This document shows, piece after piece, positions 12,868-26,010 of a DNA stretch of 64,000 nt. The first letter of the stretch is position 1. Every line of letters starts with the position of its first letter. The notes under the pieces are model-generated. The model saw only the letters and a program-made list of their open reading frames with translations, was not told where the DNA came from and made no database searches. Position numbers and translations under genes: made by a program. Origin of the DNA: Ophelia neglecta (lineage: Eukaryota); contig OZ260662.1 in the NCBI GenBank assembly GCA_965285935.1, forward strand, positions 36,828,001-36,892,000. The letters run 5' to 3'.

Positions 12868-13388
12868 CATGACATGATTTAGTCTCCTGGGTATCATGAC
12901 ATGACTTTGTCTGCTGGGCATCTTGACACGATTTTTCTGCTGGGTATCATGACATGACTTGGTCTGCTGGGTATCATGACATGACTTTATCTGCTGGGTA
13001 TCATTACATGACTTTGTCTGCTGGGTAACATGACTAGATTTGTTTTCTGGGTATCATGACATGACTTTGTCTGCTGTGTATCATGACATGATTCTGTGTG
13101 CTGGGTATCATGACATGACTTTGACTGCTTGGTATCATGACATGACTTTGACTGCTTGGTATCATGACATGACTTTGTCTGCTTGGTATCATGACATGAC
13201 TTTGTTTGCTGGGTCTCATGACATGACTTTGTTTGCTGGGTATCATGACATGACTTTGTCTGCTGGGTATCATGACATGACTTTGTCTGCTTGGTATCAT
13301 GACATGACTTTGTTTGCTGGGTATCATGACATGACTTTGACTGCTTGGTATCATGACTTGACTTTGACTGCTTGGTATCATGACATGG
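12868..13388. repeat. 27-bp minisatellite, about 19 copies
   Basis: Consensus CATGACATGACTTTGTCTGCTGGGTAT; explains the repetitive ORFs at 12987-13462. Confidence 0.95.
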
Positions 13389-13629
13389 CTTCGTTTTCTG
13401 GTTTTTTGGTTTTCTGGATTTTGTATTTAATGCCGACACAAGACTTGCTCGAAAATCAGTAAGGCCACAAAAAAAGAAGTCAAATGATCAAAATGAGATT
13501 TAAATAATGCATTAATAAGACTCAGTATTGTATGTTGTTAAGTATATAAGCAGGGGGGGGGCTCGCTTGGCGGGATCTTCCTCTGCCCTGGCTGCCGTCT
13601 CCTGCTCTCCTGCTGTGGTGGCTCTAGAA

Positions 13630-13863
13630 AAAGCATTCCCCTTCTTGTGGATATGGAGCTTTGATTTGATTTTTTTTTTCCTGCACTTGTATGCACCATC
13701 TTGTTATTTGAAGATTTCTACTGGTATTTGTGGGGCCAATAAGCTTAATGCTTTCTTGCCCCAGGGTATTCAGCTTTATTTATATCCAATATGTATTGTC
13801 AAATATTATGTATGTATGTATATTGCGGTCTGTGTATCCAATAAACATTATTATTATTATTAT
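13630..13863 (+). mobile_element. Probable 3' end of an L2/CR1-group LINE or SINE
   Basis: Stem-loop GGGGCCAATAAGCTTAATGCTTTCTTGCCCC, T-rich tract, then AATAAAC and an (ATT)n tail ending about 13863; 5' boundary unknown. Confidence 0.4.
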
Positions 13864-16225
13864 ATACTATTGTAATAGAGTCGAAGGTTTGCTGTTTATC
13901 GATCATTTGAAAAAATATTTGATGCTGTGCATACGTATACGAAAAACACTTATTAAACATGATTTGTAATAAATACCTAAATGTACAGATTCTTCAGTTA
14001 GTTGTGTAAAGTTATTTGATAACTAACATTACCTTAAAGCTTACTAGAAAGGGAGGCGAAAGTAATTGCTGAAGTTGTGGCATAGACCGATAATAAGATG
14101 CTAGGTTATAATCAGTAGGCCTATCAGCAGTAACTTAACTCCTTATAAGGACCTACCCAGTTCGGTCCTTAGTTACAACCTAGTTTATTTGAGTCATACT
14201 TCCTCGTTATAATGTGGCTGTTACTGCCACCTCCCTCTTGCTGTCAAAGAGAGTCAATAGTTCAGATTTAAATAGCAGCAGGGCAACGAGATAAAAAGAA
14301 TCACACCTTCAAATGATCATTCCAGCTGAAACGCTGAAAATGGACACACTTTTGCATAATGTGAGAATGAAAGCGTAATTTAATCCTCTTATAAATCAAC
14401 CCTTCTTTACACTTTCTTATATAGTTTTCTTAAATTGGATTCAGTTAGGCTTAGTGAGAGTTAAAATATAATCGATGTCCATCTAATAGTCCATTGGCGT
14501 GTCGGATTAATAGTGGCCAACATTTTACAACTAAGCAGTAAAAGGCTGCAATGGCTTTGATATATTCCGCTCTATTCCCCTCAGCCTGGGATAGGTGTCA
14601 ATGTGAATCTCCTCCATGTTGTTTACTTTACAGATTCAACGCTTTATTTCACTAGCTATGATATATCGAGTTGTATGGTATGGAACTGTATATTTCAGTG
14701 ACAACTAACGTATGCATTAAGTATAAAGTTTTGAAATTAATGCCCCAAGCCCATTATGTGTATTTGTCACTACTTGAAAAACGTGCATTTTTACAAGGTA
14801 TGAGTAACGTTAGTGTAAATTTATTATTAAAAAAAGTAATGTAAATGTATCATACGCATGGTACTGCTTGCCATGAGGTGATATTGCAAATTTAAGTTAT
14901 TGAAATATGAAGAGAAAAAATGCATAACTTGTCGCAATGATCACATGTTACGTTGAATTAAGATAAGAATGACAAGGATTTAAATATTAAATGTTATGCC
15001 ACGCAACCATACTAACTAATATAATAAGAACGATAGGCTATATTATTATGGCGCAGTGATATAGTGTGAAAATGAGGCTAATTCAATTTCTATAGTGCGT
15101 CGAGGAACACAATATTGTGGTAAAATGGGCTTGTTTATTGAACGGGGTAATATGAGGGTCTCTTAATGTGTCATTTATGGATATTTCTATTTTAAGTTAG
15201 CCCATGCAGCCTATATAGCGCCGGACAAAATATCGCTTTTTGGGTAAGTTGGAAACGTTCGGCTAACGAACAAGAGAGCAGACGGCTTGCGTTATGGCTT
15301 CACCAGAATGAAACCCCCTACGCAGATAAACAAATATGGTATTTTTACTCGCCTTAACCAGCAGGTGTAGTTAATATGTTCAACAGGAGACAGGAGTGTT
15401 GTTAAGATCATGTTTATTAACACGATAGCGGAAAACTGATACAAATGTCACCTGTTAGACATAGGTGGGGGAAAAGAAACACACAATAAACACTGAAAGC
15501 AAACGAAGTAAACCCATGCGGGTAGTCTATATGCTGTTCTCACGATACACCATTTCTGAATGTCATATTTATCTACTCTTATGTAAAGGAGGTTAACAAA
15601 TAGACAAACAAACAAACAAACAAACATGCAGCGAGTAAAACACCTATAAAAACCCAAGTAGGTACACCAACGAGCTGAGCAACTGGCGGATGCTAAAGAT
15701 CTGAAGGGCCAGAAAAATTCAAAACAATACTAGATAAGTGTACAAAGGACCCCGGCTAAAATTCAAAACATGCAAGGTGGAGAGGGGGAGGAAGGTGGGT
15801 AAGAACACACGTCTACACCCCGTGACGGCGGCAGCACAGAAAGACTGATGCAACACGTGGCCGAACTGACGTCACGGGGCGTAGTGCACGCCGACTGGCG
15901 AACAGTGTAAAAGCTAGCTACGATCTACAGCAATACAAACATTATACTACTGACTATTAAACTACTATACACCATAGCACAAAATGCTGTTTAAGCTCAC
16001 AAAAATTTAATTTTCTACATGGAGTACGAAAATGGCATTTCTACTCGCCTTAACCAGCAGGTGTAGTTAATATGTTCAACAGGAGACAGGAGTGTTGTTA
16101 AGATCATGTTTATTAACACGATAGTGGAAAACTGATACAAATGTCACCTGTTAGACATAGGTGGAAGAAAAGAAACACACCCGAATCGAAGATGAGACCA
16201 CCACCCGAAACCTGCTGGAAAGGCG

Positions 16226-16738
16226 CCAAAACGCCGTGAATACATCTATGCTAGCGACGTGAGATACATAATACTAGTATAAATCAATGTACTTGTGTAA
16301 CTACATCTTAATTATTCATGAAAAGGAAATAGCAAAGAGCCATGAAACATGTCAAGTTTATAGTCTAAATGATGGCAAAGGGAACGAGGGCAGTTATATC
16401 TGGCCCCAATTACACAAAGAAGGGGAAGCCCCTTGCGCGACATTCAAAATGAACTGTACATATATGCATTAAACTATGCAGGCTATTGGCCAAAACGCCG
16501 TGAATACATCTATGCTAGCGACGTGAGATACATAATACTAGTATAAATCAATGAACTTGTGTAACTACATCTTAATTATCCCTGAAAAGGGAAGAGCAAA
16601 GAGCCATGAAACATGTCAAGTTTATAGTCTAAAGGATGGCAAAGGGAACGAGGGCAGTTATATCTGGCCCCAAGAACACAAAGGGAAAGCCCCTTGCGCG
16701 ACATTCAATATGAGCTGTACATATATGGACTAGGCTAT
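16226..16738. repeat. 264-bp tandem duplication inside the Ngaro 3' region
   Basis: Copies start at 16226 and 16490 (CCAAAACGCCGTGAATACATCTATGCTAGCG...). Confidence 0.9.
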
Positions 16739-16887
16739 TCACTACTGAATTGGTACTCCCATTATAGTATGACCGTAAACTCTCATTTTTAGGTAATGCA
16801 TTGCAGCATTTTAACTCTTAAACAAACGCTTTTATACTAAGTCTTAAACTGGTATCGACTAAAGGCAATGGCGTACATGGGCAGTTA

Positions 16888-17346
16888 TTACTGGCCCCAG
16901 GAAACTGAAGGAGTAAAGGCAAGTCCCCTTGCGCACCTTTCAAGAATGTATTCACTGAAGGCAGATGACTTCCAACGCCCCAATGATTGAATTTTTCGAT
17001 TGGGCAACCCCAAAGTCGCCGCCCTGGTTAAAAATGCGGCACCTTTGGGCTCAACCAAATGCAGGAAATCAGCTAAGCGCTCAAGGTTTATTGGGGTTGG
17101 TATTTGGGCGTTTCGGCTGACCGGTTTGGGTGGAATGGGACCTAAGGGTGTTACTGATTGGTGTTTTGGTTTCGTTAGCTGCAGCTGGGCGACAGGTACC
17201 ACGGTCGCAATCTGAATTTCCGTGGGAGGTTGAGAAGCAGTTTGAACATTCGTGCTTATATTGGCAATCAGGCTTGTGACATCCACCGGCACTTTGGAAA
17301 GCGTAGCAGAGGCGCCCTTCCCGTGGCCCGCGAACGGAACTGTCAT
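16888..17346 (-). pseudogene. Deletion fusion of the RT ORF N-terminus to the tyrosine-recombinase C-terminus
   Basis: IPTPINLERLADFL...AAFL joins directly to TRAATLGLPNRKIQSLGRWKSSAFSEY (box II LGRW and catalytic Tyr); junction near 17029; RT core, RNase H and most of the recombinase are absent. Confidence 0.75.
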
Positions 17347-18114
17347 TAGGATACATATCTCTACGAATGTTGGAGTTTTGACTGTACACTAATTTGGAGA
17401 CGTGTGAATCATACAGAGGATCATAAATATCGTGAACCTTTCTGTCCCACGGCGCAATGCATGGATCTCGCTGACGCAACTGCCTATGAAGCTTATCATA
17501 TGCCAACCACAGGTTCGGGAAGCCCATGTGATGCATATTTTGGACAATAGAGGCGTATTTCATGAGACCACATATTTCCTCTGGAAACTTGGTGGCATAA
17601 ATAGCCACAAAAATGTGAAACGCTGAAAACCAAGCATCTAAGGTGGCGATAGCTCTGATGGGGGCTTCCTTCTCGGTAAATGATATGGAAGGGGGGGCTA
17701 TCCACTTCTCAGTGACCTGCCTACAGTTATGCTCATCGGTTTGGTATACGAGTTTTCAGGGAGGAGTCGGGCAAATTCTACATACTTCCCTTCTAAAATA
17801 GCCGCCCTAATTTTTGAGGACACAGCCCACCCCAAAGGCAGAGACTTTTTGATTTGCACTGGGAGGTCAAGTAGGTTATCAGGCTCATTGCTCTTACCTT
17901 GAACTGAAGCCAATGCTTGTGATAAAAGATTGTCTATGTCTGTATTTTCTCCGTGGTCCTCTGCATCCGCATGGCGGCTGTGTCCGAGGTCGCGAGAGGT
18001 TGCAGTACCCGAAACGAAGTTATGAGGTGCAGAGTCGGTGGTGACGCCTTGCTGGTTCGAATGGGCGCCCTGGGCCCGCGACGAAGAAGTTCCATTCACT
18101 GGGTGATTGGCCAC
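17081..18114 (-). pseudogene. Ngaro gag-like ORF, disrupted
   Basis: KIRAAILEGKYVEFARLLP, LDAWFSAFHIFVAIY, WLAYDKLHR and the Cys/His finger CYAFQSAGGCHKPDCQYKHECSNC; TAG plus a homopolymer frameshift near 17691-17700. Confidence 0.75.
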
Positions 18115-20525
18115 ACACGTCTACACCCCGTGACGGCGGCAGCACAGAAAGACTGATGCAACACGTGGCCGAACTGACGTCACGGGGCGTAGTGCACGCC
18201 GACTGGCGAACAGTGTAAAAGCTAGCTACGATCTACAGCAATACAAACATTATACTACTGACTATTAAACTACTATACACCATAGCACAAAATGCTGTTT
18301 AAGCTCACAAAAATTTAATTTTCTACATGGAGTACAAAAATGGCATTTCTGATAGGCTGGAAGAAAATATCTTAACATTAAGCTCGAAGAATAAACACCC
18401 GGAAACTGTTTTCGAGGCATCAGAAGCACGAAAATGAGTGGAAGCGTTAAAACGCACTTAAAAACGCGGTACGCACTTCTCGTATTTTGAAAACATTGAA
18501 CACTACTTATAAATTTCTCGCGAAACGATTGTGAGTGTATTGTTTGATATTGGCAACAATTCAGTGATCTTATTGTATTGCAATGTATTTTCTTCTATTA
18601 TTGGTTATCTCAACGAACTAACTCAAACATGAACCAGAGTAAAGACAATAGCCAAATATTTGTAATCATTCTGCTGTATAATTCATCCATTTAACGGTTT
18701 GCATTTGTCACATCTTGGAGGTTCATTAATTGAAACAAGGCCGGCATGACATAAAATACTTTAAGTCAACAAACAAGGTACACTACCCGGGGTACACACC
18801 AAGCAAGTTATTTGGATGGACGAAGAGACCCACACAACAACTACACTTTTTATGCCTACCTACTCATTGAAATGTGACAAAGTATATTAATGCAAAGAGA
18901 ACTCGTAAATCTAAATTTTACGGTGCACGCCTTCATCTTATTTACAAATAGAGCCCTTTGTATTTATTTGTGAAGTGAAAAAACATCTCGACAAGCCTGC
19001 TAGTGATTACAGTTCTCCTATGAGAAAGGACGCGACAATATCATAATCTGTATCAAAAGTTTTACATTCAATAAAATAAGTTAGATTTACCAAATAGAGA
19101 AGTGGCATATAATTAACAGGTGTCTATTATATGGATGTCCAGGGCCAAATTTCATATACGTGCATTATTAAAATTTGAGGAACTCGCCAAAAACTGTTGA
19201 AAATCAAGTCTAGTCTTATTAAGTATGTGGCATTTCACAAATACATCCATTCAAGGTTTAAAAATAAGTTGTGATATAAAAATGTCGACTAAGATCTTAT
19301 GCAGCATGTTCATTCCACATTTCGCTATTTCAAAGGGTGTTAGATGTATAAATGCATGAATCTAACGGTTTATCTGCTTTGTTTTATCGTTAGCACTTTC
19401 TGTGACGCAAATCCTTCCATGTGCACACTTGGTGCATGGAGGATGTTTTGGCTAAGCATGCACTATTTTGGAGCATGCGCTTAGAAGGTTACGCAACTAA
19501 AAGTTTGTTGATTTTTACTCAATTGCTGAAACCTGTTAAAAGCATAACCGGTTGGCAGAACAATGGTTCATTCGGTATCCAAAATCCCAAATCGTTAAAA
19601 ATGCATATAGGAGATTTGCCGTGACAATGACTATATAATATCAACTGGTGTAACCCATACACAGCTCTACGTGCAGATGGTGTCTTTGAAATTAAAGGTT
19701 TAAAATAACTACTCAAGACCAAATAAAAGAATCTTCATATGTGTAGAATATTAGTGAGAAACAGGCGACTAAAATTTCCGTCATTCAACCAATTACAACC
19801 CGTATTAGTGCTATTTTAGACCAATAAACACATACTAGATTTACCGTCATCTGGCATTTAAAATATGGTGCTGAAGATTTCGGCTTTAATCATCCAGAGA
19901 TCAAATAAAAAGAATTCTACCGGCCAGAAATCGTGGTTTATCTCTTCTCGGTTCTCCTAATAGCCGGCTCTTTATGGCTTCTACCTTCACATGTTGGATA
20001 ACTAGACTACTGATGGGAATGCAAAAAAAAATCAGCAGGTATGACTAAACATGTAACTTTGTCATTAGTCAAATCTCAATGTTAATAAATTATTTACAGA
20101 CGTCTCACATGTATCTGTCGCCATCATGAGTACCTTTTCGTGTTAGTTTCATTCATCATAAACCATTAGCCGCAGACGTTAACCACACGCTATGTAAATT
20201 ATCTGTGAGGACTTCGAGGCGACTTCAGCCTTTAGTCCGATTATAAATCTGACAAAACCGAACACAATCAAAGAGTTGTAAATAAAGTTTGAATAAAGTA
20301 ATAAAGTTAACATAAGGACATGAATGTATGAATTTACGTGTTCGTTAAACGTAGGTTACCATAAACAGTATTTACCTGTCACTTATTTAAGGTGGAGGTG
20401 AAACCACCACAACACACTTTCTTAAATGACTCATGAAAGTTTCTTAATCGAAGCAACACCATCTGAACGTTGAAGGCACAAAGGCTGATCCAACGATTAG
20501 CAATTCTTTCTTTTATCGCCCTGAA

Positions 20526-23500
20526 ATGAAATTCGATGCTCTTTTACAAAATTACTTGGGTGAATTTGGCCCATTCCAGATTATTGTTGTATTAGTAGTG
20601 TGTTTGGAGGATTTTTTAGTATCATGGCAGATAATGTCCCCAGTGTTCATTGCCTCCACTCCCCGGCACAGATGTGATGACGCCCTCCTGAACATCTGGC
20701 CAGGCAACTGCTCGACTGAATACATCCAAAATATAACTCAACCATGGAAATCAGACCCTCACACGAATGAGCAGCACGTAGACAACTGTAGGATCTTCGA
20801 GTTGAATATGACATCGGAGCCAGCTAACTGGAAAGAAGAAGTGTGTGCCGGCTTGTCAGAGCCACCCCAGATAATAAACACACGAAACTGTGAAGAATTT
20901 AGCTATGACGGGGATTTATTAAGGCCGTCGATTGTAGTAGACGTAAGTAGGTATTATATTCATTTATATGTTTTATATTTGCTTATTCTTTATCAAACTT
21001 ATTTTAAAAGGTTGTGCCCATGAAGAATAATAGGCAAAGAATTGCATAACGTAATATTGCTCGACATTATATCGATAAGATCTACGGTTTATTTTCACAA
21101 TATTATAGCTGTTCATTTATGGTTTAAGACTTGTAGATGCACAATGCGAGGAAAAGTAGTCTGTCCACCGTTTGTTAAAACTAGCAAATATTTGGAATTT
21201 TAAGGATAACATTTTCACCAGGGCTTAAAGCAAGCTTCTGTTCGTCCTGATTAGAATATGGTCACTAACCTAAGTTCGGTTTACCGCCCTTGTTATGGAG
21301 AATTACTCCAGAAAGTGATTTAAAGCGTGCAAAACTATGCACTGCGACTGAGGGAATTTTAGTGGCTCCAGTTGAACGGGAGGCAAGGGAGGGGTAATCT
21401 GCCCCACTCCTCCAAGCATATGAAAAGAGTACTTCTGAGAGAATTGCAAGAAGAACTATGTCTTGATCAATGCATGATGTAAACTGTTACTTTTTCTTAA
21501 CTTGGCTGTATTTGCAAACTACGAATATGTTGTCTTTATTCTTTCAGTTTGACCTAGTGTGTGAACGAGACTGGGTGGCTAACACTATAGCTTCTGTTTA
21601 CATGTCTGGCCGCGTGGTTGGAATATTCTTCTTTGGGCTGGTCTCTGATCGGTAGGGCATCAGCATTTACCGTAATAAAGAATGGATCTTTTCAATATGT
21701 ATCTGCATTCCAAAGGTTCAAATAACTTCTAGTCATCATTTATTATCCTTAATATATAATATAAGCTTATGCACATTTAAAGAACGGGGCGTTTTTTGTC
21801 CGAATAAAAACAGATACTATTAGGCATATTCCTGGTTTATCATCCTGTCATGCAGAAATTGTATCTGGGGATAAGGATGCTTAATTTATGATTTGGTTGT
21901 ATTCTCATTAGATTCGGACGTCGGAGGATTATTCTTATAGTGGGCCTGGGCAGTGTGCTAGCCTCATTCCTGTCTGCCTCATCTCCCAATATCGCCATGT
22001 TCCTGGTCTTCAGATTCCTACACGCATTAATGGCAACGGGTAAAAACACTGCCGGGTTCGTCCTCGGTAAGTGCACTTTATTTTCTTAGTTATCAACACA
22101 AGCTTTTCTCTGGTGTGCGGGATAATATTCAGCATATAAATCCAATGCATTAGATTGTTACTTCAATGGATTTAAAATGACCCAAAATTTTCAATTTACT
22201 TTTACTACTTTTAACGCGAAGCGTTGGAGTACGTTGGGCCGTCCAAGAGAGCTGTCGTGGGGTTCCAGACTATGTTGTGCTGGACTATGGGATACATGGC
22301 ACTCTCAGGCGTCGCGTATCTATTCCGTCAAGTTACCTGGCGGGTGTTTCTTGCTGCAATTACACTTCCGGAACTCATTTACCTTGGCCTGTTCTTTTTG
22401 TAAGTTCGATGAGAATGTTCGCCTTCATAGTTCAGTTAATTTATTTGTCTGAAGGGTGTAAAAGTGCAAATTCGATACTGTTTCAACGGCTGACATCCCT
22501 TTGCCTCCCAAAGAAATAAATTTGACCAGAAAACAGCAGTGCCTGTGATTCGAGTCGGTCACATTTTAACCATACTAGAATGGGACATTACTAATATCTG
22601 ATAATTATGAAGTGTTTAATTTCGAGCAGCTTAGTCCCGGAATCCCCACGCTGGCTGTACATGAGGAATCGACCAAATGAGGCAGACGGAATAATGGAGA
22701 AAATGGCGGCTCGAAACGGAAGCAAATTACCATATCCTCTGCACCTCGAGCCACATGTGATTACTTTCAATGCAACATCAGTGATATCTATTAAACAATT
22801 TAATGTGTAGAAAACGTGTATGTTCGTAAGCTTACTGGGTGCCATGTTTTAAAGACAATAGATTGTTATTTATCCATAGCCTCAGGCAAAGACTAGGACA
22901 CCAGCAAATCTGTTTAAATCAAAAGGACTAAGAAGAGTGTCCCTTGTCTTGTGTCTTAACTGGTAAGTTTTAATTGGCTAAAATATTCCATGGACTTAGG
23001 TCCAATAAATATTAACAATAAAATAATTAAAAGCGATGATATGAAATCTCTAAGTTAAAATCGTGGTTATTTGAAATGAGATTATGCAACTTCAGCTGTT
23101 GCTATTAATGCATGCTGTTAATATTTAATGCTGCAACCTTAAAATGGAACAGGACAGCCGTGATCGGCGAAATGAATAAATAAATATAAACATGAATATT
23201 TAGTAGATCTACTATATTCGGCGGTACTGCTCGGCGCACATCAACAATTAATTAATCAACCGAATTGAAGGCAAAAAAAGAAAGCATTCTAATTGATAGA
23301 AAATGTTCAAACAAGATCCTACTGTTTATACATAAAATACAGACATAGGCAGACGACGAAGTAATTTATCAACCGAAATCGAACACCAAAAAAGAGCTTT
23401 TTTATTGAAAAACAATGCTGAAACTTACTTATAACCAAAAAACATCTTACTCTTCATACAAAAACAAATATTGGCCGATCTGCATTGTCGTAAGCTTAAG

Positions 23501-26010
23501 TTATATAGAAGTGTTCTCTCTATATTAATTGTAAGAATGTTTGCAAAATTCTGCATTAACCATTGCATTTTGGTAATTAACACTTGATGTTGAGTGACGA
23601 GATTCGTTACTTCTATAAAACAGAATATTTTGGTTTCAGGGCAACCAATGCCTTTGTGTATTACGGTCTATCACTGAACACAAGTAACCTGGGTGGCAAT
23701 CCGTACTTGGACTTCCTCATATCAGGCGCTGTGGAGATACCAGCAAATATTCTGGGAATGATAAGTTTTATATACTGGGGGAGGGTTCGTCCATACGCAA
23801 TAGCCATGCTGGTCGGAGGTGCTCTTCTTATGTTGACTCTGCCAATACCAGTAGGTTTGTATGGATTTTGGTTTGAGTCATGCAGAATGTCGTGGATCAC
23901 GAATTGGCTACACCTGAGCATGTTGAAGTTGATAGATGCCTATTCTAAGCAGTCGGATTTGTATATATTTATTAATAGCTCAGAAATGAACCAAATTGTA
24001 CTATATTCATTGAGTTTAAATCGTCCCCCGTCCAAGGGTTTTATGTTCTAGGAAGCCAATATTTTCCCAGAAGTTACTACTTGATTGGTTTATGCTTGAT
24101 AATTTAGGTTTTAATGCCAACATGAAAGCAAAAAAAAAGAAAAAAATCAAACCCATAATATGTTGTTTCGTCGGATGATTTCCAGCCCGAATAATATAAA
24201 TATTGTCAAATTTCACATCCAGCTTGTTAAGTGCTCTTTCCTGTTGATTCAGAGAACCACTGGAGCGTGCTGTCTCTCCAGTTATTAGGAAAGTTATCCA
24301 TCTCGGCTTCTTTCTCCATGGGCTGGGTGTACGCCGTGGAGGTGTACCCCACTTGTATACGTGGATTGGGGTTGATGGTTCCAGCAATGGCAGCGAAGCT
24401 GATGGCATCATTGGCCTCCTACATAAATTTACTGGTGAGTAGAATGCACTTCTGACATGTTAATCCACAATTGCGCAAAATAATTTTTTTTTTCTTGATG
24501 TTTCGATTGTCTATTATCAGGAAAATAGGGTAAAACCGGTAATGTAGATATAACCTCTAAGTACACAAATTCCACAGTGTTAACATCTAACATGTTGACA
24601 CATCATATCGGGCAAAACGATCGTTATCACTAAACTCGATGCTGAAACGGACAACGTCACTTTATATTGCCAATAAGCAAAGAAAAAACCTTAGAAAAAA
24701 ATTAAAGAAAGAGTTTAACCAAAAGCAAATAGCATCAATACAGTTATCTCTTTTAAAGTTAACAGTGAGAAAGAGATTCTACAGGATTTAAATGCATATG
24801 CTGAGATGCATTTGCTTCTTAATGATGTATTATTGTATATTGCAGATACACGTGTTCAGTCACAATATAAGCGTGACTAGTTCACTTTGTCGATTTTACC
24901 ATTTAAATTACTGCATCAATGAGAATGTTAAACACCCCTATCATTTTTGAAGAATGCAAAGGCCCTTTACGTCTTTCTATGATGTAGTGTTTCTTCAGTC
25001 AAATCTTTCTGGAGTCTCAAATTTATGCGATAACATCATAGATTCTCCCAGGGCATATTTAATCATCGTTCTGCCTTGGCTACTGGCTCTTGTTTTGTGG
25101 TCTGGCTTACGTCATGGAAAACCGCTTCTCTTTGCGAGTGTTACTAATTTTAAGATGATTAATTCCGTTACACTCTTATTTACTGTTAGGAAGCAGCGGT
25201 AGGTGGTTCCTGTTGAATTTTTGCCGATTTAAAGGATAGTTCTCCATTAACGATTCTGTTTTGTCTGCTGAGTAATCACTCCCGTTAACAAAATACTAGA
25301 TTTTGTTTTGTATTAAGCATTCTTACATTAGGATGTTCCTGGTTGTTTTCAATATTATAGGAGAATTACAGTAATGCATACCCATTACTTATTCTTGGTT
25401 CGTTGAGCGTTGCGTCTGGAATGCTGACACTACTACTACCTGAGGTCAAGGGAAACCACATGCCACAAACTATTCCAGAGGCTGAAGAACTTGTACAAAA
25501 TAACAAATCAAAATGCGTTTGCTGGTAAGACAAACAATTGTTTTCCTGTTATGTAGATGAATGCCTTTTGACCGGTCGGGGGCATCCAAACCGAAAATAT
25601 GTTAATACACAAAATTATATCCATAATGCACTTGAATTTTGGATTTCGTTGACCTTGTGCAGATAAAAAGGAACCTTGTTTATAAAATAATACTACCTGA
25701 CTTAATGTTAGCATGAAGAATTTGAATGCATACATGTCTTTGTAAATTTCGTCAGGTACTGGTAAAACATTTTATCCAAATTAAATGGTCACCATTGAAC
25801 TCCAAACCTATATAGCTACAGCCATAAGCACAAATATACACTCCTCGGTTAAAATTTAGCTTTTTTTTCGCTACTGTTTTCTATTGTAGGGGTCATCGAA
25901 AGTCTGTTAATATTCATCACAAAGAGTCACACAAGGATGTGGATCCGATTTACACTCTAGACCAAGGATCGTTTAGCCGGAAGCAAAACAAAGAGCTGGA
26001 TATATGTTAA
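20526..26010 (+). CDS. SLC22-family (organic cation/anion/zwitterion) transporter, 10 coding exons, 581 aa
   Basis: Exons 20526-20942, 21548-21651, 21912-22066, 22222-22399, 22630-22756, 22880-22962, 23640-23854, 24253-24434, 25361-25524, 25890-26010; 1746 nt, GT-AG, phases consistent. Motifs LGEFGPFQ, FDLVC, SDRFGRR, EYVGPSKR, PESPRWL, VYYGLSLN, EVYPTCIR, LPEVKG. The donors of exons 5 and 7 are the least certain. Confidence 0.9.

Larger units (their letters stand above)
15346..18350 (-). mobile_element. Internally deleted Ngaro/DIRS-order tyrosine-recombinase retrotransposon with split direct repeats
   Basis: Coding-strand order A1 (18113-18350) - ORFs - B1 (16042-16180) - A2 (15805-16042) - spacer - B2 (15346-15484). 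A copies are 238 bp and B copies 139 bp, near identical. Carries a gag-like ORF, the start of RT (PTPINLERL) and the recombinase C-terminus (RAATLG..IQSLGRWKSSAFSEYI). Confidence 0.88.

Noticed and set aside
13034-13462. Repetitive ORFs as real proteins
   Set aside because: They arise in three frames from a 27-bp minisatellite, with no splice or homology support.
15840-15900. Hammerhead ribozyme in the Ngaro A repeat (CTGATG...GAA)
   Set aside because: The core reads CTGATGCA, not CTGANGA, and I could not place GAAA with three flanking stems.
1029-26010. Ancient UNC93A-SLC22 synteny (human UNC93A and SLC22A1-3 both lie on distal 6q)
   Set aside because: The human genes are megabases apart, SLC22 is a large family, and orthology cannot be shown here.
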